The notes under the pieces are model-generated. The model worked only from the letters and a program-made list of their open reading frames with translations. It searched no databases and was not told where the DNA came from. The translations under genes and the position numbers were made by a program. Below, in pieces: positions 9,640-19,604 of a DNA stretch of 64,000 bases. Origin of the DNA: Lepidodermella squamata. Lineage: Eukaryota > Animalia > Gastrotricha. Position 1 is the stretch's first letter; each line of letters opens with the position of its first letter. The DNA is taken from positions 2,480,001 to 2,544,000 of the forward strand of contig JBLDXI010000004.1 in NCBI GenBank assembly GCA_047495785.1, written 5' to 3'.

Positions 9640-10340
9640 ATCAGATTCGCCGACAAAAATTCCCGTATAATTTGCTCTAAGCTTCAGCGATTTATGCTTT
9701 ATCACGCTGTCTATTATAAAAGAACCGTGATTATTATTGGACGAAACGCTCAATTCGTACTTTTTCAGGAACCCAGGCTTTTCTATTTCTGCTGCATAAA
9801 TTCTGTGAATTGTTTGCAGTTCGCGTCCATCATTCAGCTTTTTCAAAACAATAAACTGCGCATTGTCGCGAATTATTTTCGGAATTTTGAAATATGACTG
9901 ACTCAAATAAACCACGGAGCAATTGTACTTTCGCGACCTGATGTAGAGATCGCCGATGTATTTCTCTTGGTTTTTAGCATTTTCCAAACAAATGTCATCA
10001 AAGACATACAAGTGCTGATACTTCTTGTCAAGCTTATCAAGGGGCACGACATCCGCAATATCAGTGGAAAAGTGGATAAGTGACTCGTTTACCCCTTTCA
10101 TTTTCAACTCGGCTTCTTTAGCTTTCTGCAAATTTATCAAAAACTGGTATTTGTCTTCATCCAAGGTTTTAGAGTAAATGTGCAGCTTATGAAAAACAGA
10201 ATGATATTGAGCAAATCATTAGTTTTCCCGCTATTACTTGGACCGATAATAATTGTTCGGAAACAATGCTGCGGGTAAAAAGGGGAAATATTGAGTGGCG
10301 TAGACTCGCTTTTTGGAATTATTTCATCAAAATTGATCAT
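9625..10340 (-). pseudogene. A32-like packaging ATPase, frameshifted
   Basis: Walker A GPSNSGKT, Walker B YVFDD, SRKYNCS, LSQSYF; 7-bp deletion near 10200 relative to B. Confidence 0.92.
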
Positions 10341-10351
10341 TTTAATTCAGG

Positions 10352-10365
10352 TTAGAAATTTCTAA
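10352..10365. promoter_or_regulatory. Palindromic candidate bidirectional late promoter TTAGAAATTTCTAA
   Basis: Perfect palindrome between the divergent ATPase and PLA2-integrase genes; conserved in B at 29773-29788. Confidence 0.6.
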
Positions 10366-10386
10366 TGCTGTGATAAGCATTGTGAA

Positions 10387-12160
10387 ATGTTCGACGGAAT
10401 TATCAATAACTTGCCGGTAGAATTGCATCTTCCCTCTTACCCGGCCAAAGGCGAGCATCGTCCCAACGGATCATTCAACAACACGCAGAAATACAGTTAC
10501 GCTGGGCCAGGTACAAATTTCGTCCAGCGCATGAAGGAAGGATATAAGGGAATCAATGATTTGGACGAAGCAGCTAAAACTCATGACTACTACTATTGGA
10601 AATTCAAAGATCGTGAAATGCGGACAAGAGCAGACAGACTTCTAGCCGAAGAAGCTTTCAAGATAGCCAACGACGATTCTAAAAACGGATACGAGAGAGC
10701 CATGGCTGCCTTCGTTTTCAAAACCTTTCACGAAGGAGGCTTAGCCGATAGATTCCATGGAGGCCGAGTGCCTACAGGATACGAGCTTTCCATTCGGGAA
10801 GGCGACTTCCATGACGGTCAAGGGCTGACGGGCCATGAGCTTCCGCCTCAAGAACGCGAGTGCTGCGGAGAAGGATACGAATTGCGGCAAAGGAAACCTG
10901 TGGATTATACTGGAACAAAATATATCGGCGAGGTTCCGCAACCAAAACGATCAAGGAAAAAAGCAGAAAGCAGTGCCAAAACAACGCAAGCAGTCCCAGC
11001 GTCGAAAAAAGAGACGGATGCAGATCAAAGCTTAAGCAAAGTAAAATTCCACGTTCTGTCCGAGGAACTTCACAAACCGGCCCGGAAGCATTTTCCCCGC
11101 AGGCGAGTGTATATTCACGACATCGACGAAACCTGGGGCATGGATATCGTGTTTCTGAGCGATTTATCCGAAGAAAATAATCAGCATAAGTATTTACTCA
11201 CGATTATAGATTGCTTTTCCAAATATGCGTGGGCTGTCGCACTTAAGAGCAAGGATGCGAAAAATGTTTTTGATGCATTTTTGTCTGTGGTCCGAGAAAG
11301 CAACAGGAAGCCCAAAAATATGTGGGTAGATCAAGGCAGTGAATTTTACAATGCTGTGTTCACGAAATGGCTAAAAGCTAATAATGTTAACAGGCAGGGT
11401 GCGAATTACAGGGGTGCTGGGGTGTCGCGACACCCCAGCTCGGGGACCTTAATCAGAGGAAGGTTGAAAAAACCCACAGGGGGGACCCTTTGGTTTCTTC
11501 GGCTGGGTCTTAGAAAACAAGTAGAAAACACCTCAGCTCCCAGATCCTACTTCGCACACTGTTAACAGGTATTCGACTTATGAGAATTTTCACAATCCCA
11601 TAATAGAAAGGTTCAACCGAACTTTGAAAACCAAGATGTGGAAAAGGTTCACACTGGACAACACCCGTAACTGGGTTGGCATGCTCGATAGCTTGGTCAG
11701 TGATTATAATAATTCTCTGCATCGGTCGATAGGAATGACTCCCATCGAGGCCAGCGATCCCAAAAACCACAACAAAGTCCATTCTAGGCTGAATCCCCCG
11801 GAACGAAAAGAAAAATTGGAAAAGCCGAAATTTGCGCTGGGTGACGTGATTAGGATAAGCCGCGTAAAAGGCGCATTCGAAAAAGGGTATCACCCTTCAT
11901 GGAGCGAAGAACTATTGCGAGTTGTAAAAATAAATGACACATATCCGAGAACATACCAGATAGAAGCAATGGACGGCGAGCCTGTTTTCGGTAGTTTTTA
12001 CGAGCAAGAAATGCAAAAATCGAAACAGCAGGTAGATGACGTGTATAGAGTTGAGAAAATTTTGGATAGGAAGAAAGTCAAAGGAAAAGAGTTGGTTTTA
12101 ATAAAATGGTCGGGTTATGACAAACCCACATGGGAAAATGCAGAAAATGTTATTGATTAA
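10387..12160 (+). pseudogene. PLA2-retroviral-like integrase-chromodomain fusion, interrupted by a MITE
   Basis: YAGPGT...DEAAKTHDYYY (parvovirus-type PLA2); WGMD, IDCFSKYAW, VDQGSEF, IERFNRTLK (DDE core); YRVEKIL...LIKWSGYD..TWE (chromodomain); frame restored by removing 11395-11569. Confidence 0.92.
11395..11561. mobile_element. 167-bp hAT-like MITE
   Basis: 8-bp TSD TTAACAGG; TIR CAGGGTGCGAA / TTCGCACACTG; related copies at ~49175 and ~58100. Confidence 0.9.
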
Positions 12161-12320
12161 TGATTCAAATTATCATGCAAGGCATATGGAACCGTCACAT
12201 TTCATATGCCCTGATGGTAAGGCTAAAATCCCTCGTAAATTCCTACTTTATATGTAGAAAATTTTTCACCAGACTTTGTGGAGAGCATTTCACGAAAAAT
12301 ATTCTGAAGAATCAAAGCTG

Positions 12321-12566
12321 CTAAACCTTGTTGTTAGAAATAATTGCTTTGATTTGTTTATACTCCTCTACCATTGCTTTTCGCTTCTCATAATACTTCT
12401 TTTGCGCAGTTTTCAAAGCTGACTTATAGCCTTCTTTTCTTTCTTCATCTGTTCTATATTTTATCCATCTTGGATAACTGGCACATCCACTTGTGATGAG
12501 TTGGGTCTTCTGACTCTGTTCTGCTGGCTGAGGCATGTCATTAACTTTATGAATTCCGACAGACAT
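12321..12566 (-). CDS. Small basic putative DNA-binding protein
   Basis: KYRTDEERKE...KKYYEKRK; syntenic with and similar to B 31351-31644. Confidence 0.65.
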   Translation of the reverse strand: MSVGIHKVNDMPQPAEQSQKTQLITSGCASYPRWIKYRTDEERKEGYKSALKTAQKKYYEKRKAMVEEYKQIKAIISNNKV

Positions 12567-12827
12567 AGGATTTATATTATTATTTATATAAATATATAAG
12601 AAAATATTTTTTTAAGTATTGTTTCATCATTCTCGACTGACTGTGGGGTCTGTTGAAAATTGCCACCTGCCGAGCTTTAATTCTCCTGGGAAAAATGAAA
12701 ATTTAACTCACTGATCCATAACAGCTATCCATAATCTTAACTGGCGCGTTGAAAAGGCTTAAAAAAATAATCTCCTCACAATATATATAGATATATAAAT
12801 CCTCGATTTTCCCTCGTAAATTCCACA

Positions 12828-15800
12828 ATGCTTAGAAAAGAACAGAAAATCCCTCATCCCGTGGCTCCCCACAGGCAAATCATAGTTAATGGAACAGCGT
12901 TCACCAAGTTTTTGAGTCAAAACTATTACTATGACAAAAGACGAAAAGTCTTGAAAGAAGGAGTAAAGCTTCCCGATGGATCCGTAATTCCTGTCGATTC
13001 ACCCAAGTTACGCCGTATGCTGAAAACTGGTAGTTATTTTCATGATAGACAAAATAGGAAACTGATGGAGTACGCCAATAATAATACGATAGGTACCGTT
13101 TTCGACCCAGAAAATGGTGCAGAAATCCTAACCGGTAGTCAAAGATACGAAGAAATAAAGAAAAATAACTATGTTTTAAAAGGGCGAGGATTCGTCCAAA
13201 TCCCCGTTCGGAGGGCCGAATCAGTCATTAACCCCACAACAAATCGCCCAATAAAGATTGGAGGCGCGGCATTTAACCGGCTGATCCGCGCGGGTTACAT
13301 TTACATTGCTTCAATGAATAGTTTCGAAAAATCAGATTACGTCCGCCAACTGCGACCAGATGACTTCGGCACTTTCGTAGAAGTCACGTCAATGCTCAAG
13401 CTGTTACCAATAGTGCAAGGCTTCGATTATTTGAAATACACCTCTGTGATACGCCCGAAAGTGATTGATGAATATCGACGACAATTGAATTCTCTCGGCC
13501 CAGTTAAAGTCGTGCTTCATGCTGAGGTGGAATTCATTCACAAAATAACGAGGAAGTGCATCACAATTTTTAAATGGAGCTCTTCAAGCAACGCGGCACC
13601 TTTAGTCACAAATGCGGCGGACATTCCCGACGTTGTCGACGGCCTCTTTTCCATGCTTGCAGACGGCATTCGAGACTTTGAAGAGAGAGGTAGTCAGTTC
13701 GTATTTAATAAAATGGTTGACACAGATGTCAACACCTTCCGGTATCATCCGACTGCCGGAGGGAGCTACATTCCCACGCCGGATTACATCAAACGGAAAC
13801 ATGCTGTAGTCAACGTTAAAAACTCTGACGATAAATGCATTATTTGGAGTATTTTAGCCTGTAGGTACCCGCCAAAAGATCACGTGGACCGAGTCAGCAA
13901 TTACAGGTGGTGTTTGAATAGTGTGCAATACGATGGTATAGATTTTCCCATAAAATATGAAGATATCGATAAATTAGAGGATTCAAATGTTTTAAATTTG
14001 AATATAATTGAATATGATGATGAAAAACGAACATTCTCCCCCTTTTACATATCCAAACGGAGTTATCACGAGGAAATTAACCTGTTGCGTACAACTGATA
14101 ACGAAAAGGCCCACTATAGCTGGATCAAAAACCCTAGTGCGTTGTTTGCATCCACTAACAAGAACGAACACGCGCGTTTTTGGTGTTTCAAGTGTTTTAC
14201 CAGCTTCACTTCAGAAGAAGTGAGACAAAACCACATTCTGGATAACAAATGCGTAGGTTTCGAAAAAAATATACGAGTGCATTTTCCAAAAAGCAATACA
14301 ATTAAATTTAATAACGTATACAAACAGCTTCGCTTGCCTTTTGCTTTTTATTGCGACATCGAGTGCTTTCTTGTTGACATTAACAAAAACCACGGGACTA
14401 ACTCGATTGCGTATCAACACCACCGGGCAAATTCGTTCGGGTGCTATTTCAAAAGTGACATCGCGTCACTTCCCTCGAGATACCAATCATTTGAAAACTG
14501 CGCCAGCTTCCTTGAGTATCTTTTGTCTAAGACAACGCACCTAATCAAGTTTCTCACTTCAACAAATGTTCCAATGAATCTGAGCGAAACCGAGGAAAGG
14601 TCCTTCAGGTCGGCGTCAATTTGCCATATTTGCAGCTGCCCGGTTTCCGAAGACGAAAAAGTTCGAGACCATGATCATCTAACAGGCAGATTCCGTGGTG
14701 CAGCTCATAATTCGTGTAATTTAGAGTACAGCTACAAAAAAACGGCAATACCCGTGATTTTCCATAATTTGAAAGGGTATGACAGTCACTTGATTCTGAA
14801 ATCTCTGGGGGAAGTGCTTGTAGAGTTCAACAAGGGTAGGTTGAAGAAAAATCTCAAGCCGCTGAAAATCAACATTATTGCGCAGAGTTCCGAAAAATTC
14901 ATCGGTTTCTCGGTTGGCCGGTTGCGATTCATCGACAGTTTTAATTTCATGTCCACTGGCCTGGACCAAATGGTTGAGAATCTGAAGAAGTCCGGGGGGA
15001 AATTTGAACATTTGAATTCGAACTTTTCTGAATTCACAGATGAACAGCGATGTCTGCTGTTGAAAAAAGGGGTTTATCCTTACGATTATATGAATTCCCC
15101 CAGGAGGTTCCAAGAAACTATGTTGCCAGCTAAGGAACATTTCTCGAGCAAGTTAAAATCGAACAGCTTGGTGACCGATGACATCGGCAGAATAGAAGAT
15201 GCGCCTGTTCCGATCTCCGACGAGGAATACAATCACGCTAAAAACGTGTGGGATAAATTAAAATGCAAAACCATGAAGGATTATCACGATGCATATTTGA
15301 AAACTGATGTCCTTCTCCTAGCAGATTGCTTCGAAAATTTCAGAAGTATTTCGATGAAGAGTTACTCGCTGGATCCTGCTCATTTTTTCACCACTCCAGG
15401 GCTAACATGGGACGCCGGAAAAAAGTACACCAAAGCCTCTATCGGTATTTTGAATAACAATGAAATGTTGGAATTTGTCGAAAAAAGTGTGCGTGGGGGC
15501 ATAAGTGGCGTAGTTCTTAGGCACGCGAAAGCTAACAATCCTTACATGAAAAATTATGACAAGTCAATGCCACACTCTTATATCACATGCTTAGACGCAA
15601 ATAACCTGTATGGCTGGGCAGCTTCTCAAATGCTTCCGATCGGAGACTTCGTGTTTGTCGATGCCTCTGTTTTCACCCAAGACTACATTTTGCGCCTGAG
15701 CGATGAAGCTGAATTTGGATACATGCTCTCAATCGACGCAATGTATCCGCGTAGACTTCACGACGCTCATGACGCGTTTCCATTTTTCCCAGAACATACG

Positions 15801-17405
15801 GAATGCGCTCCAAGCCCCTACATGGAATCAATGATGGCCAAATTGAAGATGCCTAATCCAGATAATGGACCTAAGCTAACTCAGAATTTATGCCACAAGA
15901 CGAACTACGTGGTTCATTATAGAAATCTGAAGCAAGCTCTGGAGGCAGGCCTGATTTTGACGAAAGTCCACAAAGTTCTCCGCTTTAGACAGTCCAAATG
16001 GTTGGAGCCCTATATCGACTTGAACACATCGATGAGGAAGAACGCGAAAACGGACTTTGACAAGGACTTTTACAAGCTGATGAACAATTCGATCTTTGGA
16101 AAGACATGTGAAAATGTCAAAAAGCGGATTGACATCAAGCTGGCGACAACCCCATGCGAGCTGCAAAAGCTGATTAACAGACCGAATTTTAAAAATGCGA
16201 CTAGGGTTAGTGAGAGCTTATACTCAGTAGACATGGCTAGAACCTCCATACTTTACGATAAGCCCATAATTGTCGGAGCGTGTATTTTAGAATTGAGTAA
16301 GCTTTTGATGTATGATTTTCACTATAAAGTAATTAAAGCCCAATACGGAGACAAGGCCAAATTATTATTCTTTGACACAGATTCGCTTTGTTACCACATC
16401 GAAACCGACGATATATACGCGGACATGGAAAATTGGAAAGAACATCTCGATTGCTCGGCGTACCCGTTGAACCATAGGCTGCATTCCATGGAAAACAACA
16501 AGGTAATTGGGAAATTCAAGGACGTGTCGACCGGAGTGATTGAAGTAACGGGTGCAGATGGCGCGAAAAGGCCAGAAAATATTCTGGAACAAATAACTGA
16601 ATTCGTCGGCCATCGTTCAAAATCGCTAGCGTTTACTACGGAGGTTGTCAGCGCTGTTACTGTTGAAAGGAACTCACCCAACCAAGTAGTAAAAGCCAAA
16701 GGAGTTGTTAAGCATTGTATCGGAAATATAATTAATTTTCAAAACTATAAGAGTTCCTTATTAAACAGTGAAATTGAAAGGGTTCGATTTCGGCAAATTC
16801 GATCCGTGAATCACGAGTTATACAGCATTCAAAGTACCAAAGTTGCCCTTTGTCCTTATGACGATAAAAGGTGGGTTAAAGCTGACGGGTTCACGTCATT
16901 CGCCCACGGCCATTTCCGGATAGCCAAGGAGCATGAACAATTTAGGGTGGATCAGCTTGGTAAGAAATTGGACACGTTGAAGTCCTTATCGAGTGCATGC
17001 CAATATTCACGCATCAAATTGAAAAATATTTTATACGATAATTTGAGTAAAGAAAAATGTACGGACATCGCTTCATTTTGCCGAAATTTTGATGCAACTT
17101 TCAAAAAAATTGGGCACGAACTCGAAGAATTAGACAACTTGTGGTTTCAATCGGGGCAACGCCCAGCCGACTATCTACCTCAGGCGCATGTTATAGCCGA
17201 CATAGAAGACAGAGAGGTACTTGAAACTTGGCTGAAAAATAACTCCACACACGATTCTTCTTTAGAATGCTTGCTTCGCGAAGGATTGTTTCCCAAAAAG
17301 ATTCCAAAAATAGCGGTAAATGAATCATCTTTGAAAGAACCACTCTCGGTTATTGCGAAACGTGCACAAACGCGGGCCAAAGAGAAGGAGGGCTCGGGTC
17401 TTTAA
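12828..17405 (+). CDS. polB: Protein-primed family B DNA polymerase (pPolB), intact, with EndoVII-like insert
   Basis: Exo YCDIEC, FHNLKGYD; motif A LDANNLYG, motif B KLMNNSIFGK, motif C DTDS; CHIC...RDHDHLTGRFRGAAHNSCN; DDKR. Confidence 0.97.
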   Translation: MLRKEQKIPHPVAPHRQIIVNGTAFTKFLSQNYYYDKRRKVLKEGVKLPDGSVIPVDSPKLRRMLKTGSYFHDRQNRKLMEYANNNTIGTVFDPENGAEILTGSQRYEEIKKNNYVLKGRGFVQIPVRRAESVINPTTNRPIKIGGAAFNRLIRAGYIYIASMNSFEKSDYVRQLRPDDFGTFVEVTSMLKLLPIVQGFDYLKYTSVIRPKVIDEYRRQLNSLGPVKVVLHAEVEFIHKITRKCITIFKWSSSSNAAPLVTNAADIPDVVDGLFSMLADGIRDFEERGSQFVFNKMVDTDVNTFRYHPTAGGSYIPTPDYIKRKHAVVNVKNSDDKCIIWSILACRYPPKDHVDRVSNYRWCLNSVQYDGIDFPIKYEDIDKLEDSNVLNLNIIEYDDEKRTFSPFYISKRSYHEEINLLRTTDNEKAHYSWIKNPSALFASTNKNEHARFWCFKCFTSFTSEEVRQNHILDNKCVGFEKNIRVHFPKSNTIKFNNVYKQLRLPFAFYCDIECFLVDINKNHGTNSIAYQHHRANSFGCYFKSDIASLPSRYQSFENCASFLEYLLSKTTHLIKFLTSTNVPMNLSETEERSFRSASICHICSCPVSEDEKVRDHDHLTGRFRGAAHNSCNLEYSYKKTAIPVIFHNLKGYDSHLILKSLGEVLVEFNKGRLKKNLKPLKINIIAQSSEKFIGFSVGRLRFIDSFNFMSTGLDQMVENLKKSGGKFEHLNSNFSEFTDEQRCLLLKKGVYPYDYMNSPRRFQETMLPAKEHFSSKLKSNSLVTDDIGRIEDAPVPISDEEYNHAKNVWDKLKCKTMKDYHDAYLKTDVLLLADCFENFRSISMKSYSLDPAHFFTTPGLTWDAGKKYTKASIGILNNNEMLEFVEKSVRGGISGVVLRHAKANNPYMKNYDKSMPHSYITCLDANNLYGWAASQMLPIGDFVFVDASVFTQDYILRLSDEAEFGYMLSIDAMYPRRLHDAHDAFPFFPEHTECAPSPYMESMMAKLKMPNPDNGPKLTQNLCHKTNYVVHYRNLKQALEAGLILTKVHKVLRFRQSKWLEPYIDLNTSMRKNAKTDFDKDFYKLMNNSIFGKTCENVKKRIDIKLATTPCELQKLINRPNFKNATRVSESLYSVDMARTSILYDKPIIVGACILELSKLLMYDFHYKVIKAQYGDKAKLLFFDTDSLCYHIETDDIYADMENWKEHLDCSAYPLNHRLHSMENNKVIGKFKDVSTGVIEVTGADGAKRPENILEQITEFVGHRSKSLAFTTEVVSAVTVERNSPNQVVKAKGVVKHCIGNIINFQNYKSSLLNSEIERVRFRQIRSVNHELYSIQSTKVALCPYDDKRWVKADGFTSFAHGHFRIAKEHEQFRVDQLGKKLDTLKSLSSACQYSRIKLKNILYDNLSKEKCTDIASFCRNFDATFKKIGHELEELDNLWFQSGQRPADYLPQAHVIADIEDREVLETWLKNNSTHDSSLECLLREGLFPKKIPKIAVNESSLKEPLSVIAKRAQTRAKEKEGSGL

Positions 17406-17961
17406 CTAGCTGGAGTAGCGATGGGTGTGTGCCGGCGGTGTAACTATAACTACGCTTGCTCAGGATCATTATATGACGACTCGATCGAAGCTCTCATTGC
17501 TTTTATTACTTTGCAAAAGCACTTTCATTGTATTCACTTTTATTCTCCGTATTATTCCCGACAGAAGCTTTTCACCTTCTCAACTTCAGATTTCTCATTC
17601 CATATTTCGCCAACCATAAATGCATGACGAATGCTTCATTTTTCAAACGCCGGCAGTTTGAACTATGAAACCCCGTTACATGCTTATGTCTGTCGAAATA
17701 TGGAATGAGAAAACGCTGAAGCAAGACAATTTTGAGGAGAAATAAACGATATTTACGTCATTTCAAGCATGTAACGAAAGAGAGGAATTCCGAAAAGGCT
17801 GAAAGTTAACAAATATTTCCACTCATTACGTCACAGAGATTATCCGAAGACTAAGCTGAAATTCAAATGCCGGCAATTTGAATATCAGATTAGTACAGCG
17901 AATTCTCCCTTCTTGACAATAATGAAATAGGAATATGAGTCATAATACAACAATCACACGA

Positions 17962-18444
17962 TCACATTTCAGAAGCAAAACGAGACAGCGACTGGTACCA
18001 TTGTCTGGCATCATCATTTGACTTGAGCAATGTAAATATATCAATTGACAACCTCAACATTTTTTCGACACCGACATTCAAATACATTAGATGCGAAAAA
18101 TCTTTGAAAAGTTTATACAAGCGGAGGCATTTGTTTATCCAGGACTTACTAGAGACATTACGCTGATGGAGAACTGTTTTGGCCAGAATAGTTGCAAAGC
18201 CTTTTCTACCGGTTTTTTTAAAGTATTTAGTTTTATACACGAACAAAGAGAAACCAAGCTCGTAAGCAGAATACAATGTTTTAGAGCGAAAATTCAAGAA
18301 ATTGACGAATTTAATTTTCAAATCAGATATCAAAGCATCTTCCGTGAGGACATCGGGCAGAAATGTGTCGGCGGAATCTGTCGGCGGGATCGATTGTTGC
18401 GGTTCGCAGCATTGAAGAAATCGTAGCAAATCGATTTGTGCCAC
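17962..18444 (-). CDS. DUF3102-like helical protein (probably last exon of a spliced gene)
   Basis: AYELGFSLFVYK...SKSWINKCLRLYK; homolog at B 37689-38108; acceptor-like sequence upstream. Confidence 0.55.
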   Translation of the reverse strand: MAQIDLLRFLQCCEPQQSIPPTDSADTFLPDVLTEDALISDLKIKFVNFLNFRSKTLYSAYELGFSLFVYKTKYFKKTGRKGFATILAKTVLHQRNVSSKSWINKCLRLYKLFKDFSHLMYLNVGVEKMLRLSIDIFTLLKSNDDARQWYQSLSRFASEM

Positions 18445-18469
18445 ATCCTTTGAAAAAATGAAAAATTAA

Positions 18470-18751
18470 TTACATATCGTGATGGCAGGAAACAGTAGTA
18501 ATACTTACTTTTTTATTTGTTGCTGTTGCTGGGGAATTCGCTTCATTGCCAATTTCATTCGTAACAATGCACAAAATGTCGGTTATTTCCTTCTTTTCTC
18601 CAGGTGATAACTCTGATTTCAAGCTGAATAAGAGACATTCACAAATTATAAATCTAGTGGTGTTTTTTAAAACGTACCGTATGGTTAGATAAGATGTTGC
18701 TTTTCGAACGAAGCAAGCCAACGTGTTTGAATCGAGCATTTCTTCACTCAT
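18470..18751 (-). CDS. Hypothetical protein or exon
   Basis: 93-aa ORF directly upstream of 17962-18444. Confidence 0.3.
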   Translation of the reverse strand: MSEEMLDSNTLACFVRKATSYLTIRYVLKNTTRFIICECLLFSLKSELSPGEKKEITDILCIVTNEIGNEANSPATATNKKVSITTVSCHHDM

Positions 18752-19604
18752 TTCAACAATTATCTAAGGGAAAAAAACCAAATAGATGAGAGGGGTAAGT
18801 CATAAAATATATTCCAAAACAGAAATATATAAAAATGTGGCTCGTTGCGCGCCAACGCGACGATTGCAATTAAACAAAAAGACGATGCCTTTCAAAACGC
18901 AAAATGAACGACTGAGGCTGTCGATGAGATATGCTTGCCCTCGGCATGTCGACCACGCTGTCGATGGGCTATGCATGTAGACCACGTGCGTCTTGTCCTG
19001 GATTACGCCATTTCTAGAGGCTTCCACGCCACGTGCTCCGAGAATTGACCTGGAAAACATTATTTATCTGCATGTAGACGATACTGTCGATGAGCTATTC
19101 CTGTCCCCGACATGTCTACCACGTGCGCCTTTTTCTCGGATTGCCATTTCTAGTGGCTTCTACGCAGCGCGCTATGAGTGTAGACCTGAAATAATATGTA
19201 TCTGTATTTAGTAATGATGAGCACTAGGCCTACAGCGTGTTTACTTGGTATATTTCATTTCTTGCGCCACGTGTTGTGCTATCGTCCTATTACCCAGTGC
19301 GACAACAAATCATTTATTATATGTGCTTACAGATTAACGCTCAAAAGAGGAAATGATCACTACATATTATGAAGGGAATAATACCGCAATACATCAATTG
19401 CTTGTATTGAATATTTAGTTATGTGCATAATACCGAAGTTATATTGCCCAAACCTTTATTCCTAACTTCATGGTTACCTGGTATGGTCATATTATAATCA
19501 TGAATATAACCAGAAATTTTCCAGTGTTTCAAGCGTAGAATTATCAGTTTTTATCGATTGCATTTTCCCCATAGCATTTAAAGACCTTTTCATAGTATTT
19601 CAGT

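Noticed and set aside
10137-10210. Programmed frameshift in the A ATPase
   Set aside because: B shows it is a 7-bp deletion between short GAAT repeats
11395-11565. C-terminal QGANYRGAG...YFAHC tail of the 392-aa ORF
   Set aside because: Read-through into the MITE
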